A DNA stretch of 64,000 nt from Chloroflexia bacterium (GTDB lineage Bacteria; Chloroflexota; Chloroflexia; Chloroheliales; Chloroheliaceae). The stretch is taken from contig JBBQZS010000012.1 of NCBI GenBank assembly GCA_038207495.1, positions 41,699 through 105,698 on the forward strand. Reading direction: 5' to 3'. The translations under genes were made by a program, and so were the position numbers. Every line of letters starts with the position of its first letter. The stretch's first letter is position 1. Under the pieces are notes generated by a model. The model saw only the letters and a list, made by a program, of their open reading frames with translations, did not search any database and was not told where the DNA came from. Below are positions 40,323 to 50,789 of this stretch, one piece after another.

Positions 40323-40350
40323 GGGAGCGGTAATTGCCGCGCCCTTTTTT
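40323..40350 (+). terminator. intrinsic terminator
   Basis: GGGAGCGG-taattg-CCGCGCCC followed by TTTTTT. Confidence 0.65.
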
Positions 40351-40454
40351 GTTATAAAATGGGACTATACAAATGTCCGAAATCTGGTAAACTCAATGTT
40401 AACATCATATCTCTGGATTGACCGTCTTACTGAGTGGAAGTGTTAGTATAGATA

Positions 40455-43382
40455 ATGTTGTTTGATAGAATATTAGCCGGAAATAGCGGCCCACCCGAAA
40501 CCCTGCCCGGCTTTAATATCCTTGATAATCTACCGGATGAGGCTTTTGATACCATTACCGAATTAGCCGCCCGCACTTTTAACGTTCCTATTGCCCTGAT
40601 TGTCCTGACCGACCCCACTCACCTCTGGGTTAAATCCGCCTATGGTCTGAAAATCTCCGAGAAAGTTCTTGAGCCTGAGACCTGGGATAATATAATTCGC
40701 ACCAACCAGCTTTATTTCATCCCTGATGCTTCCCAGGATTCCAACCTGACTGATAATCCCCTGGTAATGGAGGTAGGTTTGCGGTTTTATGCCGCCGCGC
40801 CTTTGATGACCCAGGATGGTTATAACCTCGGCACAATTTGTCTGATTGATAAAAACCCGCGCTTTTTGACAGATAAAGATTTACGACTTTTAAGTAACCT
40901 GACCCGAATGACGGTTGACCAACTGGAATTATATAATTTTCGCCAGTTTGTAAACCTCCATTCCAGCCCAACCCCGGCATCGTTAGCCGAACAGCAACCC
41001 TATTCGGATTTAAGTCGGCAGGTTTTTTTGTTTGACCAGATTCGCTCGGCGATTGCGCTGGAGGTTGACCTTAAAGAGCTTTGCCGGATTGCGGTTCAAT
41101 CAGTCGCCAAAACTTTTGGTTATAGCCTGGTCAGTTTGTATCTTATTGAAAATGATTGGATGGTTATGCAGTATCAGGTTGGCTATAACCTGGATACCTC
41201 CTATATTCCTCTTAGCCGGGGCGTGATGGGACGAGCGGCCCGCACCGGGCAGGCTACCCTGGTGCCAGATGTTAATACTGACCCGGATTACATTGAAGCT
41301 ATTCCCGGCGTTTGCTCCGAAATCTGCGTTCCTATTTTCGATCAGGGACATGTTATTGGGGTGCTAAATATTGAAACCACCCAAAATGTTGTGCTGACTG
41401 CTGCCGATTTTCAGTTGATTTTAGCCTTGAGTGAACATATTAACCCGGCGTTTGGGCGGGCGCGTCTTTTTAAGGAAGCCTTAGCCCGTGAACAATTTTT
41501 GAGTAGTATTTATAACGGGGTTGAGGAAGTCATTTTTGTGGTGGATATAATGGAGGATGGTACTTTCCGTTATGCTGGCCTGAATCCGGCGGCGGAAAAA
41601 GTTGGTGACACTACCTCCGCCGAATGGCAGGGCAAAACTCTGGAAGAAGTCTGGCCGACCTCTACCGCCCGTGAAATTATGCAACGTTATTCTGAATGTG
41701 TAGCGGCTAAGGAGACCCTTAATTTTGAAGAATATCTTCCGATTAAAGATGGGTTTCGCTGGCGGCTAACCAAATTTACCCCGCTATTGAACGCCGAGGG
41801 GCGAGTTTACCGGGTAATCGGCACAGGCACCGATATTACGCTCCTCAAAGAAATCGAGGAACAATTATCGGCTGAAAAAGAACGGTTAAGCGTTACCTTG
41901 AGTTCCATTGGGGACGGGGTAGTTACTACTGATAATGTTGGCAAAATTACCCTGCTAAATGAAGTAGCTGAAGATTTAATCGGATCTTCCCAGAGTTTGG
42001 CTCTGGGCAAACCGCTAAATGAACTATTCCAGCTATTGGATCAAAAATCTAATGAACTGCTAGAAAGCCCCCTGAAACAGGTATTGGAGCAGGATAATGT
42101 TATCCTTTTCCCTGACGATACGCTCTTACTCAGTCATAAACACCAGGAGTTATTTATAGCTGGTAGTGCCGCCCCTATCCACGATAAGGACGGGAAAATT
42201 ATTGGGTTGGTTTTAGTCTTCCGCGATATAACTGAAAAACGACGGTTGGCGGACGAACAGCTAAAAGCCAGTAAACTTGAGTCGTTAGGAATCCTGGCGG
42301 GTGGAATTGCCCACGACTTTAATAATATTCTGACGGCAATTCTAGGCAATCTTTCTCTGGCGGCGGACTCGACCCAACCGGGCGAGGAGTTACATATGAT
42401 TCTGGAGGAAGCCGAAAAAGCCAGTATCCGGGCTAAAGGGCTGACGCAGCAACTTCTAACCTTTGCCAAGGGCGGTTCCCCCATAAAAACTACCGCTCTC
42501 TTACCTGAGATTATTCGTGAGTCAGCCCAATTTGCCTCACGGGGTTCAGGAGTTGAATGTGATATTTACCTGCCGGAAAATTTGTGGCCGGTAGAGGTAG
42601 ACCAGGGGCAACTTAGCCAGGTGGTTCATAACCTGATAATCAATTCTATTCAGGCAATGAAAAATAGTGGGATGATTAAAATCTCGGCCAAGAACTTTTA
42701 CATAAACGAAGGTTCAAACATTCCGTTGAAACCCGGCAAGCATATCCAGTTAATTTTCCAGGATAATGGTTCCGGCATTAGCCCCGAAAATGTGTCCCGT
42801 ATATTCGACCCATATTACACCACCAAGCCCCAGGGAAGCGGTTTGGGGCTGGCTATCTGTTACTCAATTATTAAAAAGCACGACGGGCATATTGCGGTTA
42901 AGTCGCAGTTAGGCAAGGGGACTATTTTCTATATTTATTTGCCAGCCTCGCAAAAAGCGGCAGTTACCCTGGAAGATAAGTCCCAACCTATCCCAAAGGG
43001 GCATGGGCGTATTCTGATTATGGATGATGAGCCAAGTATCCGACAAATTGTTACCAAAATCCTGCTAAAGCTGGGCTATGAGGCCGAGGCTGTACCGGAC
43101 GGTAATGATGCAATCCGTCGCTACGCTGATGCCCTCAAGGAAAATAAGCCTTTTGATGCCGTCATTATGGATTTGACTATTCCCGGCGGGATGGGCGGCC
43201 AGGAGGCAGTAAAATATATCCTGGAGCAAAATTCCGGGGCTAAGGTTTTGGTTTCAAGCGGCTATAATAATGACCCAGTTTTAGCTGATTTTAAGACGCA
43301 TGGTTTTGCTGGGGTTGTTATCAAACCTTATACTCAACAGACCCTTTCGAGGGTTTTGCATCAACTTCTAAAAGTAGAATGA
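40455..43382 (+). CDS. hybrid sensor histidine kinase (GAF-GAF-PAS-PAS-HisKA-HATPase-REC)
   Basis: RFYAAAPL GAF; LAGGIAHDFNNIL H-box; DNGSGI, GSGLGL; REC ILIMDDE...IMDLTIPG...KPY. Confidence 0.93.
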   Translation: MLFDRILAGNSGPPETLPGFNILDNLPDEAFDTITELAARTFNVPIALIVLTDPTHLWVKSAYGLKISEKVLEPETWDNIIRTNQLYFIPDASQDSNLTDNPLVMEVGLRFYAAAPLMTQDGYNLGTICLIDKNPRFLTDKDLRLLSNLTRMTVDQLELYNFRQFVNLHSSPTPASLAEQQPYSDLSRQVFLFDQIRSAIALEVDLKELCRIAVQSVAKTFGYSLVSLYLIENDWMVMQYQVGYNLDTSYIPLSRGVMGRAARTGQATLVPDVNTDPDYIEAIPGVCSEICVPIFDQGHVIGVLNIETTQNVVLTAADFQLILALSEHINPAFGRARLFKEALAREQFLSSIYNGVEEVIFVVDIMEDGTFRYAGLNPAAEKVGDTTSAEWQGKTLEEVWPTSTAREIMQRYSECVAAKETLNFEEYLPIKDGFRWRLTKFTPLLNAEGRVYRVIGTGTDITLLKEIEEQLSAEKERLSVTLSSIGDGVVTTDNVGKITLLNEVAEDLIGSSQSLALGKPLNELFQLLDQKSNELLESPLKQVLEQDNVILFPDDTLLLSHKHQELFIAGSAAPIHDKDGKIIGLVLVFRDITEKRRLADEQLKASKLESLGILAGGIAHDFNNILTAILGNLSLAADSTQPGEELHMILEEAEKASIRAKGLTQQLLTFAKGGSPIKTTALLPEIIRESAQFASRGSGVECDIYLPENLWPVEVDQGQLSQVVHNLIINSIQAMKNSGMIKISAKNFYINEGSNIPLKPGKHIQLIFQDNGSGISPENVSRIFDPYYTTKPQGSGLGLAICYSIIKKHDGHIAVKSQLGKGTIFYIYLPASQKAAVTLEDKSQPIPKGHGRILIMDDEPSIRQIVTKILLKLGYEAEAVPDGNDAIRRYADALKENKPFDAVIMDLTIPGGMGGQEAVKYILEQNSGAKVLVSSGYNNDPVLADFKTHGFAGVVIKPYTQQTLSRVLHQLLKVE

Positions 43383-44746
43383 TGAACAATTTTCAATCGC
43401 TACAACTTCTGGACAGCTATGTCCAAATACCCACTATTTCCAGCCAGATTACCCCTGAAATTGTGGCGCAGGTTCAAACTTTCTGGCACAATCTGGGCCT
43501 GGAATTTGAGCAACTCTGGCCCCAGACTCCCGGCTCTGGCAATATCCGAAATCCGGCCCTGTTTTGTGAAATTCCGGCGGATGTGTTGGATGCTCATAGC
43601 CTGCTACTCTATGGACATTGGGATGTCCAACCCACTGGGGATGTGAACCAATGGGTCTGGCACGGGCAGCCTTGCCCGCCCTTCCAGCCCACCTATTTTC
43701 TGGATACTAACTATCTTGGCAGCAGCCCGACGGAAATTCAAAGTAAAATTGACCCGCAAAACTTAGCTCAATTATTGATGGTGGCACGGGGCGCGGCTGA
43801 CAATAAGGGTCAACATCTGGCGAATATTCTAGGGGTGTTAGGGGCTAAACAGGCCGGAACTTTGCAATGGAATATCAAAATCCTGCTGGACGGCGAGGAA
43901 GAAGTGGGCAGTCCCAACCTGCGGGCTATCGTCCATAATCACCGCCATAAATTGACCGCCGATTTTATGGTGGGCAGCGACGGCCCCAAAAGCGATAATT
44001 TCCCGACCCTGTTATTAGGGGTTCGCGGTTTATTGGCTCTGACGGTGCGTTGCCAGAACGGTTCGGGCCGCATGCTCCATAGCGGCAACTACGGCAACAT
44101 TACCCCAAACCCTACCTTACCCCTGGCCCATCTTTTGGACGATATGGAGGCGGCAGTTGTGGAAATGGGGCAGACCAGCACCGCCTTCCGGGATGAGGTG
44201 GATAGCTTTTTTGGCAAAGTTTCGCCAGACCGCGCCCGGTTTGAGCCCTTTTTGTACCCCACTTTTAATATCAATTCGCTGATGACCGAAGGGGCTACCG
44301 GGGGCCAACGCCGTACTATTATTCCTAGTTGGGTGGAGGCCAGCGTGGATGTTCGCCTGATTCCCGGTCTCCATCCGCAGGAGGTTTACCAGCGTCTGGC
44401 CTCTATCGTAGAAAAAGCCAATCGCAGTCAGGTGGGTCTGAGTTTTGTTATTGCGCAGGGTTCCGCCACCGCTGCTTCTTATACTTCACCCCAACGCGAG
44501 GGTTATGCCTGGTTAAAGCAGGTCGTGGATAATTTTTGGGGTGAAGGGACGCGCCTGATTCCGATTCTGGGTGGCACGCTCCCCAACGATATTTTTACGG
44601 AGGATTTGAGTCTCGCTTCCTACTGGTTGCCCGCCGCCAATAGCCATAACCGCCAGCACGACACCAACGAGCATTTTATCCTGGAGCATTTCTTCCGCCA
44701 GCAAGAATTTTATCAGGTTCTGGCCTCCACTCCCAATCAGAAATAG
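43379..44746 (+). CDS. M20/M25/M40 family metallopeptidase
   Basis: YGHWDVQP, ARGAADNKG, DGEEEVGS, QHDTNE; ATGA overlap with the kinase. Confidence 0.85.
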   Translation: MMNNFQSLQLLDSYVQIPTISSQITPEIVAQVQTFWHNLGLEFEQLWPQTPGSGNIRNPALFCEIPADVLDAHSLLLYGHWDVQPTGDVNQWVWHGQPCPPFQPTYFLDTNYLGSSPTEIQSKIDPQNLAQLLMVARGAADNKGQHLANILGVLGAKQAGTLQWNIKILLDGEEEVGSPNLRAIVHNHRHKLTADFMVGSDGPKSDNFPTLLLGVRGLLALTVRCQNGSGRMLHSGNYGNITPNPTLPLAHLLDDMEAAVVEMGQTSTAFRDEVDSFFGKVSPDRARFEPFLYPTFNINSLMTEGATGGQRRTIIPSWVEASVDVRLIPGLHPQEVYQRLASIVEKANRSQVGLSFVIAQGSATAASYTSPQREGYAWLKQVVDNFWGEGTRLIPILGGTLPNDIFTEDLSLASYWLPAANSHNRQHDTNEHFILEHFFRQQEFYQVLASTPNQK

Positions 44747-44797
44747 GGTCAGGTTCCTATGCCTGCCCAAGTTATCTTCTGATTTAATCAAATGAGT

Positions 44798-45613
44798 TTA
44801 TTCCTTTTCCAATACACATATCGATTGTCCAAAAGCATGGGTGCCTTTATTAATTACACGACCATCCTCGAGTGATAGAGGGTTGGGGATATCAATGAAA
44901 AGGTGATCGCCTTTGTGAATGAGCACAACTTTCATACCCAAATGTTTGGCAAAAGTTTGCACACCATCGGTACTAAGGAACATGTTGAGAGGGTGTTCGG
45001 TATTATCAATGGATTGCTGAATCATATTCTCAAAAATATTCCATTGTAAATCGACACTGAATTCCAAAAACGAAAATATAATACGTCCACCGGGTTTTAG
45101 TACCCGCTTGGCGTCTTGCAAATAACGATAGCTTTCCTCATGTAGCAGGTGAGTAAGTACGGAGAAAAAGCAGACTATATCTGCTTGGCCATCGCCTTCG
45201 GGGATGGCAAGGCCGGTAATAGGTTCAAACTTCCAATCGCTACGGGCACAACGTTTGTCGGCGTATTGCAGGAGTTCGGGTACCACGTCAATCCCCAGGT
45301 AACGCAGGTTGGGCATATCCTTCAGCGCATACGCAAGACGTCCACTACCTGCTCCAACATCAATTAAATATGAATCGTCCTTCATGCCGCATTGTACCAG
45401 TACTTCACGTTCCAATGCACCTATCAAGTAATATTCCCCACCAACGGCCAAAGACATAGCTTTGTCGTAATCGTATTGCACTTTCAGTTTATCCGTCAGA
45501 TTTTGGTAGTTACTAGCATAATCAAATCGCCCGGGTGTATCGGCAACTTTCGGGCGTACAGGTGCGTTGGCAACAGCTGGGGTAGATTGAAACAACTTTT
45601 TCAGGACGTTCAT
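44798..45613 (-). CDS. class I SAM-dependent methyltransferase
   Basis: LIDVGAGSGRLA, LGIDVV, FSVLTHL, LKPGGR. Confidence 0.85.
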   Translation of the reverse strand: MNVLKKLFQSTPAVANAPVRPKVADTPGRFDYASNYQNLTDKLKVQYDYDKAMSLAVGGEYYLIGALEREVLVQCGMKDDSYLIDVGAGSGRLAYALKDMPNLRYLGIDVVPELLQYADKRCARSDWKFEPITGLAIPEGDGQADIVCFFSVLTHLLHEESYRYLQDAKRVLKPGGRIIFSFLEFSVDLQWNIFENMIQQSIDNTEHPLNMFLSTDGVQTFAKHLGMKVVLIHKGDHLFIDIPNPLSLEDGRVINKGTHAFGQSICVLEKE

Positions 45614-45756
45614 AGGCTACCTTTCGTTTTGTAATGTGGGCGGGCTGGTGTTACACTAGCCTTTCTTTCTGTTTTAATTATTCAGCAGTCCTAACCGAAT
45701 GTGTAAAACCTGCACTTGAATTCAACTAAACCAACCCAGGCTTTCAACGACTTACT

Positions 45757-45873
45757 GTAACTAATCACGAAACATGTCACACCCGAAAGCGGCGTGAAGC
45801 GAAGCCGAAGAATCTCAATGTTATCGGCAAAGCCCTTCGCGAGCTCAGGGTGACAATTGTGGTGTATGTTTAC
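45757..45873 (-). mobile_element. second, inverted copy of the MITE-like element (117 bp)
   Basis: Reverse complement aligns with 17952-18069 (CACCACAATTGTCACCCTGAGC.GCGAAGGG...AACATTGAGATTCTTCG...GTGACA.GTTTCGTGA..AGTTAC); flanks GACTTACT / GATTTCCT match 6/8. Confidence 0.7.
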
Positions 45874-46261
45874 GATTTCCTCAACTATCAAGGATAGTAT
45901 AACATAAGAGGTTAAGCCTATTCTAGAAAAGTCTTGGAAATCATTTCAAGCTGTAGCTGAAAGAAATCTCTAGAACTAAAAATTGGAGGATTCAATTAAC
46001 AAATTTAGCGGTCATATAACTGCTGGTTTTAGGATAAACACCGGTAGCGCAACCTGAAATGGGTGGCTGGTATCCAAAATCGAATATCTAAAATCGCAAA
46101 ACTGCCAGCCCTCAGCAAATTCTTATCTCGTTACTCGTTACTTTTCAATAACCTGTTTATCCTTGTTAATCTTTTCTATTGGGCGGGGAGACCTCGACCC
46201 TACTCGGCACTTTTAACTCGTTACTTTCTTCTGACAACCGACCACTGACCACCGACAACCG

Positions 46262-47065
46262 TTATATCGGCGGTAGCTCGGCACTGATTTGTCTGGCGGT
46301 TTGAATCAGCAGCGGTAATAATTCTCCCTTGAGTTGTTCCAGGCTGGTGCGATTCACCTGGGTAGAAAGATTCAGGGCAGCAATTACCGAGCCGCGACGG
46401 TCACAAATCGGGGCGGAAATTGAGCGTAGCCCCTCCTCCAACTCCTGGTCAATCAAAGCCCAGCCCTGCATTCTAACCTCTGCCAGCATTTCCCGTAACT
46501 TGGGGGGGTCGGTCACGGTATAGGGGGTGCGGGGTATTAATTCGGCTTTCTTGAAGAAATTATCCAGGGCTTCGGGCGACAAATCCGCCAGTAACACCCG
46601 CCCCAACGAGGTAGTGAAGGCGGGCAGACGCGACCCCAGTGCCAGCGAAATGTTCATAATCCGTTTGGTAGGCACCCGCGCCACATAGACAATATCCACC
46701 CCATCCAGCACCGCCGCCGAGCAAGACTCGCGAACCTTCTCGGTTAATACTTCCATATGCGGTTGGGCCACCTCCGGGAAAGAGAGGGTCGAAAGATAGG
46801 CATAACCCAGGCATAGCACGCTGGGGCGCAAAGTAAATTTCCGCTCGTTCTGGGCCACATAGCCCAATTCTTCCAGGGTAATCAGGAAACGACGGGCGGC
46901 GGCTCTGGTCATACCCGTTTCTTTGGCTACTTCGCTCAAAGTCAGCGAAGGTTTTTCCCTGGAAAATGCCTTGATTACCGCCAGACCCCGCTCTAAAGAA
47001 TTGACAAAATCAGGGTTCTTGTCCTTTTCCACTTTTATATCGTTTTCCCCTAGCATTACACTCAT
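46262..47065 (-). CDS. pcaR: IclR-family regulator, PcaR/PobR subgroup
   Basis: FVNSLERGLAVI, LTLSEVA..TG.TRAAARRFL.TL, GSRLPA..TSLGRVLLA, DQELEEGLRSI. Confidence 0.88.
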   Translation of the reverse strand: MSVMLGENDIKVEKDKNPDFVNSLERGLAVIKAFSREKPSLTLSEVAKETGMTRAAARRFLITLEELGYVAQNERKFTLRPSVLCLGYAYLSTLSFPEVAQPHMEVLTEKVRESCSAAVLDGVDIVYVARVPTKRIMNISLALGSRLPAFTTSLGRVLLADLSPEALDNFFKKAELIPRTPYTVTDPPKLREMLAEVRMQGWALIDQELEEGLRSISAPICDRRGSVIAALNLSTQVNRTSLEQLKGELLPLLIQTARQISAELPPI

Positions 47066-47130
47066 AGCCTAAAATCCTAACTGTGTGGTTAACGGTTGTT
47101 ATACTAAGTCCTGGTAAGTAGTGATTAAAG

Positions 47131-47180
47131 GTAGGGGTGGGTTTATAACCCACCCGGACGGGTTTGAAACCCGCCCCTAC
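47131..47180. repeat. REP-like palindrome doublet (GTAG...CTAC)
   Basis: GTAGGGGTGGGTTTATAACCCACCC-GGACGGGTTTGAAACCCGCCCCTAC. Confidence 0.75.
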
Positions 47181-47348
47181 CCATCTTTTCGTATTGTAGT
47201 CAGCCGTACTTAGTATTAGTCGTTGGTTGTCGGTATTATCACTAACAACTATATAGTATAACCTAAAATAATGAACCAGATTCGTAGGGACGGTGGTCGT
47301 GTTAACCAGGGCGACAGAGTGGAGCCTCCCCTTTCCTGTGCATCCTTG

Positions 47349-48377
47349 TTAATTCTTTTCCGACGACTTTACAGGCAACCAGCGACTAATCGGGAAAACC
47401 TCTAGACTGAATTGCCGCTTGAGCAAGCCCCACAGCCCTTCCGGGGCGAACAACATCGTAATAACGGCGATAGCTCCCAGGATTATCAAAGCCCACTCGC
47501 TCAGGTCGGTCAAACCCTCGCGCAGGAAGTAAAAAACTATAGTGCCGACAATTGGCCCCTCGATAGTACCAATACCACCAATAACCACAATAAAAATCAT
47601 GAAAGCCGTCCACTGTGGGCTAAAGGCGGCATCCGGCGTAATCCGCAACTGGTTCAGGTATATCAACGCGCCCACCACGCCCGTCACCCCGGCGCATAAA
47701 ACATATACGAATAACTTCATCCGATTTGTATTAATTCCCAGGCTTCCGGCGGCAACCTCGGCATCCCGAATAGCGGTCAGACCCAAACCCACCCGCGAAC
47801 GCATCAACCAGAACACCAGAGCGGTGGCCCCAATCCCGATTGCTACCGCCAACATATAGGTCACAAGCTCGCGGGTGTCAGGGTCAAAATCGGCGACATT
47901 CAGGGTGCGCCCATAACCACCGCGTAACCACTCCACATTATTTGTCACCAGCAGCCGAAAGACCTCGGCAATTACCCAGGTTCCAACCGCAAAATAACCC
48001 CCCCGCAGCCGAAACAATAGCCAGGAAGCGGGCAGAGCCAGCACCGCCGCCACTATCCCCGCCATCACAAAACCAAGAATCAAGGGTAACTGCAAATCGT
48101 CTGCCACCACAAACAGGCTATAGCCACCCAGCCCAATCCAGGCCTGTTGCCCAATTGAAAGCATTCCGGCATAGCCCGCCAGCAAATTCCACATCTGGGC
48201 CAGGGCCAAATAGCTCAGAAAATCCACCGCATTCCGCATCAGGCCCGCCCCCGCCCAGAGTGGCCCGGTAAGTAGCACTACTACCACTATCCCACTGATT
48301 AGGGCGAACCACCTCTCCGGTATCCGGCGAAGTTTAGGAATATCTGTCACTACTGGCGTTATTTCCGATTTAAGCAT
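47349..48377 (-). CDS. HAAT-type ABC transporter permease (LivM-like)
   Basis: WNLLAGYAGMLSIGQ, LRGGYFAVGT, AIRDAE.AA..LGI, GGIGTIEGP. Confidence 0.9.
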   Translation of the reverse strand: MLKSEITPVVTDIPKLRRIPERWFALISGIVVVVLLTGPLWAGAGLMRNAVDFLSYLALAQMWNLLAGYAGMLSIGQQAWIGLGGYSLFVVADDLQLPLILGFVMAGIVAAVLALPASWLLFRLRGGYFAVGTWVIAEVFRLLVTNNVEWLRGGYGRTLNVADFDPDTRELVTYMLAVAIGIGATALVFWLMRSRVGLGLTAIRDAEVAAGSLGINTNRMKLFVYVLCAGVTGVVGALIYLNQLRITPDAAFSPQWTAFMIFIVVIGGIGTIEGPIVGTIVFYFLREGLTDLSEWALIILGAIAVITMLFAPEGLWGLLKRQFSLEVFPISRWLPVKSSEKN

Positions 48378-48386
48378 CCCTAACTC

Positions 48387-49259
48387 CTAAGCTTCGCGGG
48401 TGCGGGCAAACAACCCGGTTGGGCGCACCACCAATACCAATAAAGTGAGCAAATGCCCGGTAAGCTGAAACCAGCCGGGATTAATCTGCGCCCCGATACT
48501 CTGGGCCAGCCCCAACAATAGCCCACCCACAAAACTGCCCCACAAGCTGCCTAAACCACCAATAATTACCGCCTCGAAAGCGAAAATCAGGCGAGCGGGG
48601 CCGTCCGAAGGGGCAAAGGTGGTGCGAATCCCCAGCAATACCCCGGCAATCGAAACCAGGGCCAGCGAAATCCCCATCGCAATCGCGTACATCTTGCGGC
48701 TGTCAATCCCCATAATTTCGGCGGTAGCGGCATCGTCCGAAGTCGCCCGCAAAGCCCGCCCTAAACTGGTACGCCCCAGCAAGGCTTGCATCCCAAACAT
48801 CACCGCCACCGTTATCGAAAGAGTTATCAGGGGTAGAATTCCCACCGCGATATTGCCGCCAAGTTGCAGGCTGGCAGTCTCGACGCTTCCGGCATCCAGC
48901 CGTTTGTTATCGGCCTTGAAGCCTAATAGCAGGGCATTTTGCAGAATAACCGAAAGGCCAAATGTTACTAATAGCGGCGGGAGCGGCCCTTTGCCCAACG
49001 TGCGATTGAGCATGCCAACCTGGAACAGCATTCCGATGCCGAAGAAGGCCGGAATAACGATTATCAGGCTCAAGAAGGGCGAGATGCCTAGCGATTGGGT
49101 TAAAACCAATCCGAGATAGGCCGCACAGATTATCAAATCGCCATGCGCCAGATTGACCAGCCGCATCACCCCGAAGATTAGCGATAAACCCATCGCAAAC
49201 AGGGCATACAGGCTACCCAGCAAAATCCCCTGTAACACTACCGTAATTACTGTCTCCAT
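48387..49259 (-). CDS. HAAT-type ABC transporter permease (LivH-like)
   Basis: GLSLIFGVMRLVNLAHG, GRALRAT, IIGGLGS; likely ATG at 49259. Confidence 0.9.
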   Translation of the reverse strand: METVITVVLQGILLGSLYALFAMGLSLIFGVMRLVNLAHGDLIICAAYLGLVLTQSLGISPFLSLIIVIPAFFGIGMLFQVGMLNRTLGKGPLPPLLVTFGLSVILQNALLLGFKADNKRLDAGSVETASLQLGGNIAVGILPLITLSITVAVMFGMQALLGRTSLGRALRATSDDAATAEIMGIDSRKMYAIAMGISLALVSIAGVLLGIRTTFAPSDGPARLIFAFEAVIIGGLGSLWGSFVGGLLLGLAQSIGAQINPGWFQLTGHLLTLLVLVVRPTGLFARTREA

Positions 49260-49264
49260 CCAAG

Positions 49265-49990
49265 CTATACTCCAAAATATGCCTGAGAAATTTGTTCCGG
49301 CCTCAAGTCGGCAGGTTGCCCCTGCAAGCTCACGCGCCCCTCCAGCAAACAATACACTCGGTCAGCCACTTGCAAGCTGCGGCTAACGTCCTGCTCCACG
49401 ATTATCAGGGTCGTACCGGAACGGGCGATGTCTTTGACCACGTTATAGATATCTTTCACAATAATCGGGGCTAAACCGAGCGAGATTTCGTCCATCAACA
49501 GCAAGTCTGGGTTGTTCATCAAAGCCCGCCCAATCGCCAACATCTGCTGCTGCCCGCCCGAAAGGTTAGTCCCCGAAACATTAGCCCGTTCTCTGAGTAC
49601 CGGAAAAAGCTGATAAACTTTTTCGAGGTTCCAGGGGCCTTTACGGTTGCTATAGGCTCCGATTTTAAGATTTTCGCTGACCGACAGGCTCGGAAATATT
49701 TTGCGACCTTCCGGCACTAACGAAATCCCTAATTTGGTTAGTTGGTGGGCGGCTACTCCTCTGGTGGCCTTATTCTGATAGTTAATCTGACCCTGTTTGA
49801 CGGGCACTTCGCCCGAAATCGCCCGTAACAGGGTGGTTTTACCCGCCCCGTTAGCCCCGATTATAGCGATAGTTTCGCCCTGCCCTACCTGAATACTAAC
49901 CTCAAACAAGGCTTGAAGCTCCCCATAAAATACGTTGACTTGCTCTACCGTTAGAAGTTGTTGGTTATTGGTTGTTGGTTGTTGGTTCAC
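49265..49990 (-). CDS. HAAT-type ABC ATPase (LivF-like)
   Basis: GANGAGKTT, LSGGQQQMLAIGRALM. Confidence 0.92.
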   Translation of the reverse strand: MNQQPTTNNQQLLTVEQVNVFYGELQALFEVSIQVGQGETIAIIGANGAGKTTLLRAISGEVPVKQGQINYQNKATRGVAAHQLTKLGISLVPEGRKIFPSLSVSENLKIGAYSNRKGPWNLEKVYQLFPVLRERANVSGTNLSGGQQQMLAIGRALMNNPDLLLMDEISLGLAPIIVKDIYNVVKDIARSGTTLIIVEQDVSRSLQVADRVYCLLEGRVSLQGQPADLRPEQISQAYFGV

Positions 49991-49992
49991 CC

Positions 49993-50712
49993 TTATTCCA
50001 CCCCCAGATAGATTTCCTGCAATTCGCGGCTGGCTAAAACTTCGGCGGGGGCACCTTCGGTTAACTTCTTACCGAAATTTATCACCACAATTCGGTCAAC
50101 CGCCGAGGCCAAAGCCTGGATAATATGTTCAATCCAGATAATAGTCACGCCCGTTTTCTTTATATTGTCTATTACTACCAGTAGTTCCTGGACTTCGTGC
50201 TGGGTGAGGCCACCCGCAATTTCGTCCAGTAGCAACAATTTTGGGGCAGTTGCCAGGGCGCGAGCCAGTTCCAGCCGTTTGCGTTCCAACAGGCGTAATT
50301 TGCTGGCAGGAAGGTTGGCTTTATCCAGCAAATCGGTAGTGCTTAGAACTTCCTGACACAAGTCCCGCGACTCATGAATAGATTTATTCCGCCCGTAAGT
50401 TGCTCCCACCAGCACATTCTCGTAAACGCTCATGCCGGAAAAGGGGCGGGGTATCTGGTAGGTGCGCCCGATACCGCCCCGACAACGTTGGTAGGCGGGA
50501 ATATTGGTTACGTCCTGTCCCTCATAGAGGATGCGCCCCGCCGACACCGGGAAATCCCCCGTAATCAGGCTGAACATGGTGGTTTTGCCCGCCCCGTTCG
50601 GCCCCAGGATACCCAACGCCTCCCCCGGCGCAACGCTAAAGGATAGCCCGTCTATAACCTGTAGTTTTCCAAAGGCTTTGGAAACTTCGTGTAATTCTAA
50701 TAAAGGAGCCAA
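49993..50712 (-). CDS. HAAT-type ABC ATPase (LivG-like)
   Basis: GPNGAGKTT, LELARALA, LLDEIAGGL; probable TTG start at 50712 (the longer ORF-track start is repeat DNA). Confidence 0.88.
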   Translation of the reverse strand: MAPLLELHEVSKAFGKLQVIDGLSFSVAPGEALGILGPNGAGKTTMFSLITGDFPVSAGRILYEGQDVTNIPAYQRCRGGIGRTYQIPRPFSGMSVYENVLVGATYGRNKSIHESRDLCQEVLSTTDLLDKANLPASKLRLLERKRLELARALATAPKLLLLDEIAGGLTQHEVQELLVVIDNIKKTGVTIIWIEHIIQALASAVDRIVVINFGKKLTEGAPAEVLASRELQEIYLGVE

Positions 50713-50789
50713 ACCTAACCCCCTGACCCCCTTCCCGGATACAGGGAAGGGGGAACTCGAACAACTAACAACCAATAACGAACAACCAA

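Noticed and set aside
45691-45891. 66-aa ORF
   Set aside because: It coincides with the MITE-like repeat and is most likely a translation of repeat DNA.
49260-49352. ORF-track N-terminal extensions of LivH-like (and of pcaF, ALDH, HQDO small subunit, LivG-like)
   Set aside because: They overlap upstream genes or repeats; downstream starts with better spacing or RBS were used instead.
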